From: Utricularia gibba
Lineage: Eukaryota; Plantae; Magnoliophyta
Direction: 5' to 3'
Assembly: GCA_002189035.1 (NCBI GenBank)
Contig: NEEC01000019.1
Span: forward strand, 744,001 to 808,000
DNA: 64,000 nucleotides
The translations under genes were made by a program, and so were the position numbers. The number at the start of each line of letters is the position of its first letter. Position 1 is the first letter of the stretch. Below the pieces are notes generated by a model. It saw only the letters and a program-made list of their open reading frames with translations, did no database searches and was not told where the DNA came from. Shown here piece by piece: positions 60,286 to 64,000 of this stretch.

Positions 60286-63200
60286 ATCTCTTGATATGAA
60301 GAATAAATGCATGAAATGGTTGGAACCTTGGGTCTTGCTTGGCTTCTGACCCGACCCACCTTAACACAGGCGGGTTTCTGACCCGACCCACCAAACACGA
60401 TAATTTAGAAATTACAACATCTTATAATATATGATAAAATTAATATTTTTTATTATTAGAATAATAGTAGTTATAAATGGCCCCACTTCCTATGCCACTA
60501 ACAATAAAGAAGAATGATGTCTGTTACTACAAAATTAGTCGTATTTTAAGTGTGTGAACTACTTTTTTAAATGATCATGTCTCCCCCCTTTTTGATTCTT
60601 ATTTATCAAAGAATTCTAATTTTAATTCACCCAACAGCAATTTTCTACATAAAAAGCTTATTTTCATTTGATAAATACATAAAATTCATCATTATTTATT
60701 CTCAATTCCTTAAAATAAAATTGATTTCACGTGAAAGGAATTTCATTTGCGTGAGTTGAGGCTTTTAGTGATGGCGATAAGGGTGTCTGAAGCACGAGAA
60801 GAAAGTTGATCCCCGGTGTCTGATTGGACATTTAACGCAAGGCTCCACCGGACCGTACAGCAGTTCCCTGGCGGGCCACCGCCGGTGGGTGGGATGTTCG
60901 GTGGATGTCTTTTTCAAGACCTCCCAACAGCGGGTTTTTTTGAAAAATAACCATTGTGTTTTGACTATGTTAGAAATCTACCCATCCTTAGTGTATTTTT
61001 TTGTGGCTACTGTGTGTGAGAATTACCCCTCCCACAGCTGTCTGTCATGGCCATCTGCCCACATCATATAATATATATATAGTTACGAATATTATATGGC
61101 TGTGTTTGTTAGGATTCTTAGCTGGTAATTAAGTACTAAGTTCCGTATATAGTATGTAACATAATAAAATATTTTTGAATTTGTAATTGAAATATTGATT
61201 CTATGGAACTTGATCATATTAAGCAGTACTATTTTAAAATATAAAATCATAATAATTTTGAAATTATTATATTTTTCGTCTTATGTATACATTTTAATTG
61301 TAAAATATTTTTCCATTTGTTATTGAAGCAGATATTGTTTTTATTCATCCAAAAGGCCCGTATATATTTGTTCATTTTGATGTTTTATAAGTACATGATT
61401 AATATTTTTATTATTGTATTCTAAATTAAGAATATTGCTTATATAAAATAAAAAATTCATTATCAAATTGAAAAAAAAAACACTTTAATACAAGGTTACA
61501 AGAGAATGCATCCCCCCTCCTTTTCAAAAATCTCACTTTTTTTTTCTTACTCGACGCCCCTTATATCATCCTTCTTTACTTTTGGAAAGGTATCATCCTA
61601 ACCTTTAGAAACGTAAAGTGTGGTTTAATTAGATAACGTTTCCTTTGATAGAATACACAGTCATACAAAAATGAAAGTGACATAATCAAATATATAAGAA
61701 ATTGTAAATTACAAGTAATTGATTAAATTTAATCTTTTCTAATATTATTCATGTTTTTTATGTATTTAGATTTCATGTGTGATAGTCTGACTCATCGAAT
61801 CCTAAATTTCAACATCATTTTCATCGGGTATATGACTTAGCAGCCTCATGGGACCTTCATCAAGCAAGATATCATTTGGATTATTTTTGGTTTTAGGTTG
61901 AATTCTTTGTATAATGGATTGAATCTGGTTGAACCCATTATGAATATATTATAAAAATAGGTATTTAAATTAATGTTTTTAAATTTTAGATTTTTTTGAT
62001 AAAAAGTACTGAATTCGAACTCAAAAATCATGAAGTTGAGTCGAACATTGGATTCAATCTATAATTTTAAAACACTAGTCTCGAATATTTATGGGTAAGA
62101 TCATGCCATGCTCCTCATCAAATATGATTTTGAAGAATAACTATCACCATAGTTGTGTATTATAAATAATCATCCTTAATCATACCATTTTACCATAAAA
62201 ATATTAAATATAAATTTTTAAGTAGTTTTATATTTTATTTAAAATTTCAAAAACTATTCTCACTTCACTATATATATGAGAAAGAAAATATAGGATGATT
62301 AATTTTCAAAATAAGTCATTTTAATCTAGTGAGACTCATCCAACATGCTCACATTAGGTGCATGCTAGGTGAGCATATGCTTTTTCTATGTTTTTTTTCA
62401 AATATTATTTAATGATGATTTCGTGGCAATAAAATACCATACAAAATTGGGGTGATTGTAAAGAAAATTAAAAATTAAAAAATGTGATATATACTAGATA
62501 CTATTGATTGGCTTAATTATTGATTTAAATATAATTTTTGAAATTACCATCACTCAATAATATATTTTTATAAGATGAATATACATATTATAGAAATATC
62601 TATCAAAATTATTAATAGTATTATTTGTCATTGAAATTTATATTATAAAATAAATAAATAAATTGAAAGTAAATTAAAAATTAAATTTAGTTAAATTGTT
62701 TGACTGAAAAAATTAAAAAAACAGCGCCCATAATATAAATTTCTTACTGTAATGGATCAAAGAACTGGAATGGGAAGAAGATCATCCCGCAGGGCGTTCA
62801 ACTCACGAGGTTTTCATCACAGAAAATCACGGTGTTGCAGTTTCAGATGGCACGGAAGCTCATTAAATGCAACTGCATGAACAAGGATTCTTCTGTATTT
62901 TATCCACAACTTGTGGGTTTTTGGGTCCGTATAATAAAAACGCATATGCCCCGTTCATGGGTGAATGTGCCGCTGTCGGCTATCGGCTGGGCTCTGTGAA
63001 ACATACAAAGCCTGGGAACTCTCCTTGTATTCTTATCAGCCGAGGTTTGTGGGTGGTGAGTTCAAGGAGGCATACTCACTGCGTCCAGAAGAAAATGAAA
63101 TGGAACTCATGGCGGTGTCATTTCACGGCTGGAAGCGGGGCTCTTTCCAAGAAAAATGCTCGTGGGTACCTGCTGAAGTCAGGAAGTGAGGGAAAAAATT

Positions 63201-63591
63201 CTGGGCTTTTAATTTATTGCGAAATCCGATATGGGTTATTCGCGTAATGATGCGCCGGATTCGTTTTGAAAGGAAGTTGTGTGTTTTTTGTGCTTTATTT
63301 GGTAAAGTATGTAGACATCTAAGGCGGTTTGATTTTTGTATGGGGTAGATTGTCTATGCTCATGATTTTGACGTTGCTGTGTTTATTAGTAAAGTAATGG
63401 GGGAAGCTGCAAGTTGTATAAAAAAATGCATATCCGTGTATCTGTGGTCTATATTCTCTGTGCGTATGCCCCTTATCACCTCGTGGTGTCTTAATTGTTT
63501 CAGAGAAACCTCATGTGATTCATCTCATTTGGTCTGAATATTAAACTTTGAAGAGGTTGGATCTCAAGGACGGATAGTTTTATGAACCTGG

Positions 63592-64000
63592 ATGTGGTTC
63601 CAGTCCTGTGTGTTGAAGGATGCCTCAAGGTGAGTATTCAAGAATAGCTGGAAGAAGGCATGAATCTGGGAACTATTTTCCATTTCTTAATGGTTTTTCA
63701 TCCAGGTAAATGAAGTTGAGTTTCATAAGAATCCCTGAGGGCTTTTGTTTTTAATGCTGCTTATTTCCCTCAGGGTTGGTGGTGATTTGTCTGAGTTAGT
63801 CTGGGAGAATGGCCAGGTTACAGTGCAGGGACAATCCTCAAAACTCTCAAGACCTTCTCTTGTCACCAGTTTACCTTCTGGGGTTCCGAGTGAACCCATT
63901 GAAGGTCAAAAAATTGGTATCTTGCATGATATTTCGCCGGTAGTGCCACCGAGTGAATTAGATTTGTGTCTAACCAATGAATTGGCTCCATGGTTAGATT
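63592..64000 (+). CDS. PIF3: 5' part of a PIF3-like bHLH phytochrome-interacting factor; runs off the window
   Basis: An exon from 63774 encodes the APB motif ELVWENGQ..VQGQSS and a downstream ...LAPWL segment. The start exon 63592-63629 is tentative. Confidence 0.65.

Overview
Gene-dense plant nuclear DNA (angiosperm, probably an asterid eudicot; inference from the R1-type NLR and short introns). I resolved exon-intron structures by hand for most of 16 host genes. In order: type II peroxiredoxin, NUDT19, EMB1006 PPR, LRR-III pseudokinase RLK, CYP78A, a singleton CC-NB-ARC-LRR, AAE17, a small At5g16110/At1g13390-family gene missed by the ORF track, INP1, SRP14, aldose 1-epimerase, TOC64 (1-bp frameshift in exon 1), an At3g18050-like GPI protein, RCI2/PMP3, a PLS-E PPR that appears to have lost its DYW domain, and the 5' end of a PIF3-like bHLH. 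There is also a PPR pseudogene. Positions 31.26-43.36 kb are a nested transposon block. A decayed Ty3/gypsy element (minus strand) carries a PIF/Harbinger in one LTR, itself interrupted by a solo LTR, plus a hAT deletion derivative in gag and an Athila-like LTR fragment replacing RNaseH/integrase. Its 5' LTR ends 185 bp before the INP1 start codon. The most unusual signal is at the NLR 3' end: two short phase-0 introns would splice the LRR onto a tandemly duplicated hydrophobic module (2-3 predicted TM helices) that I cannot assign to any known integrated domain, giving possible soluble and membrane-anchored isoforms. Homolog comparisons are from memory; no searches were run.
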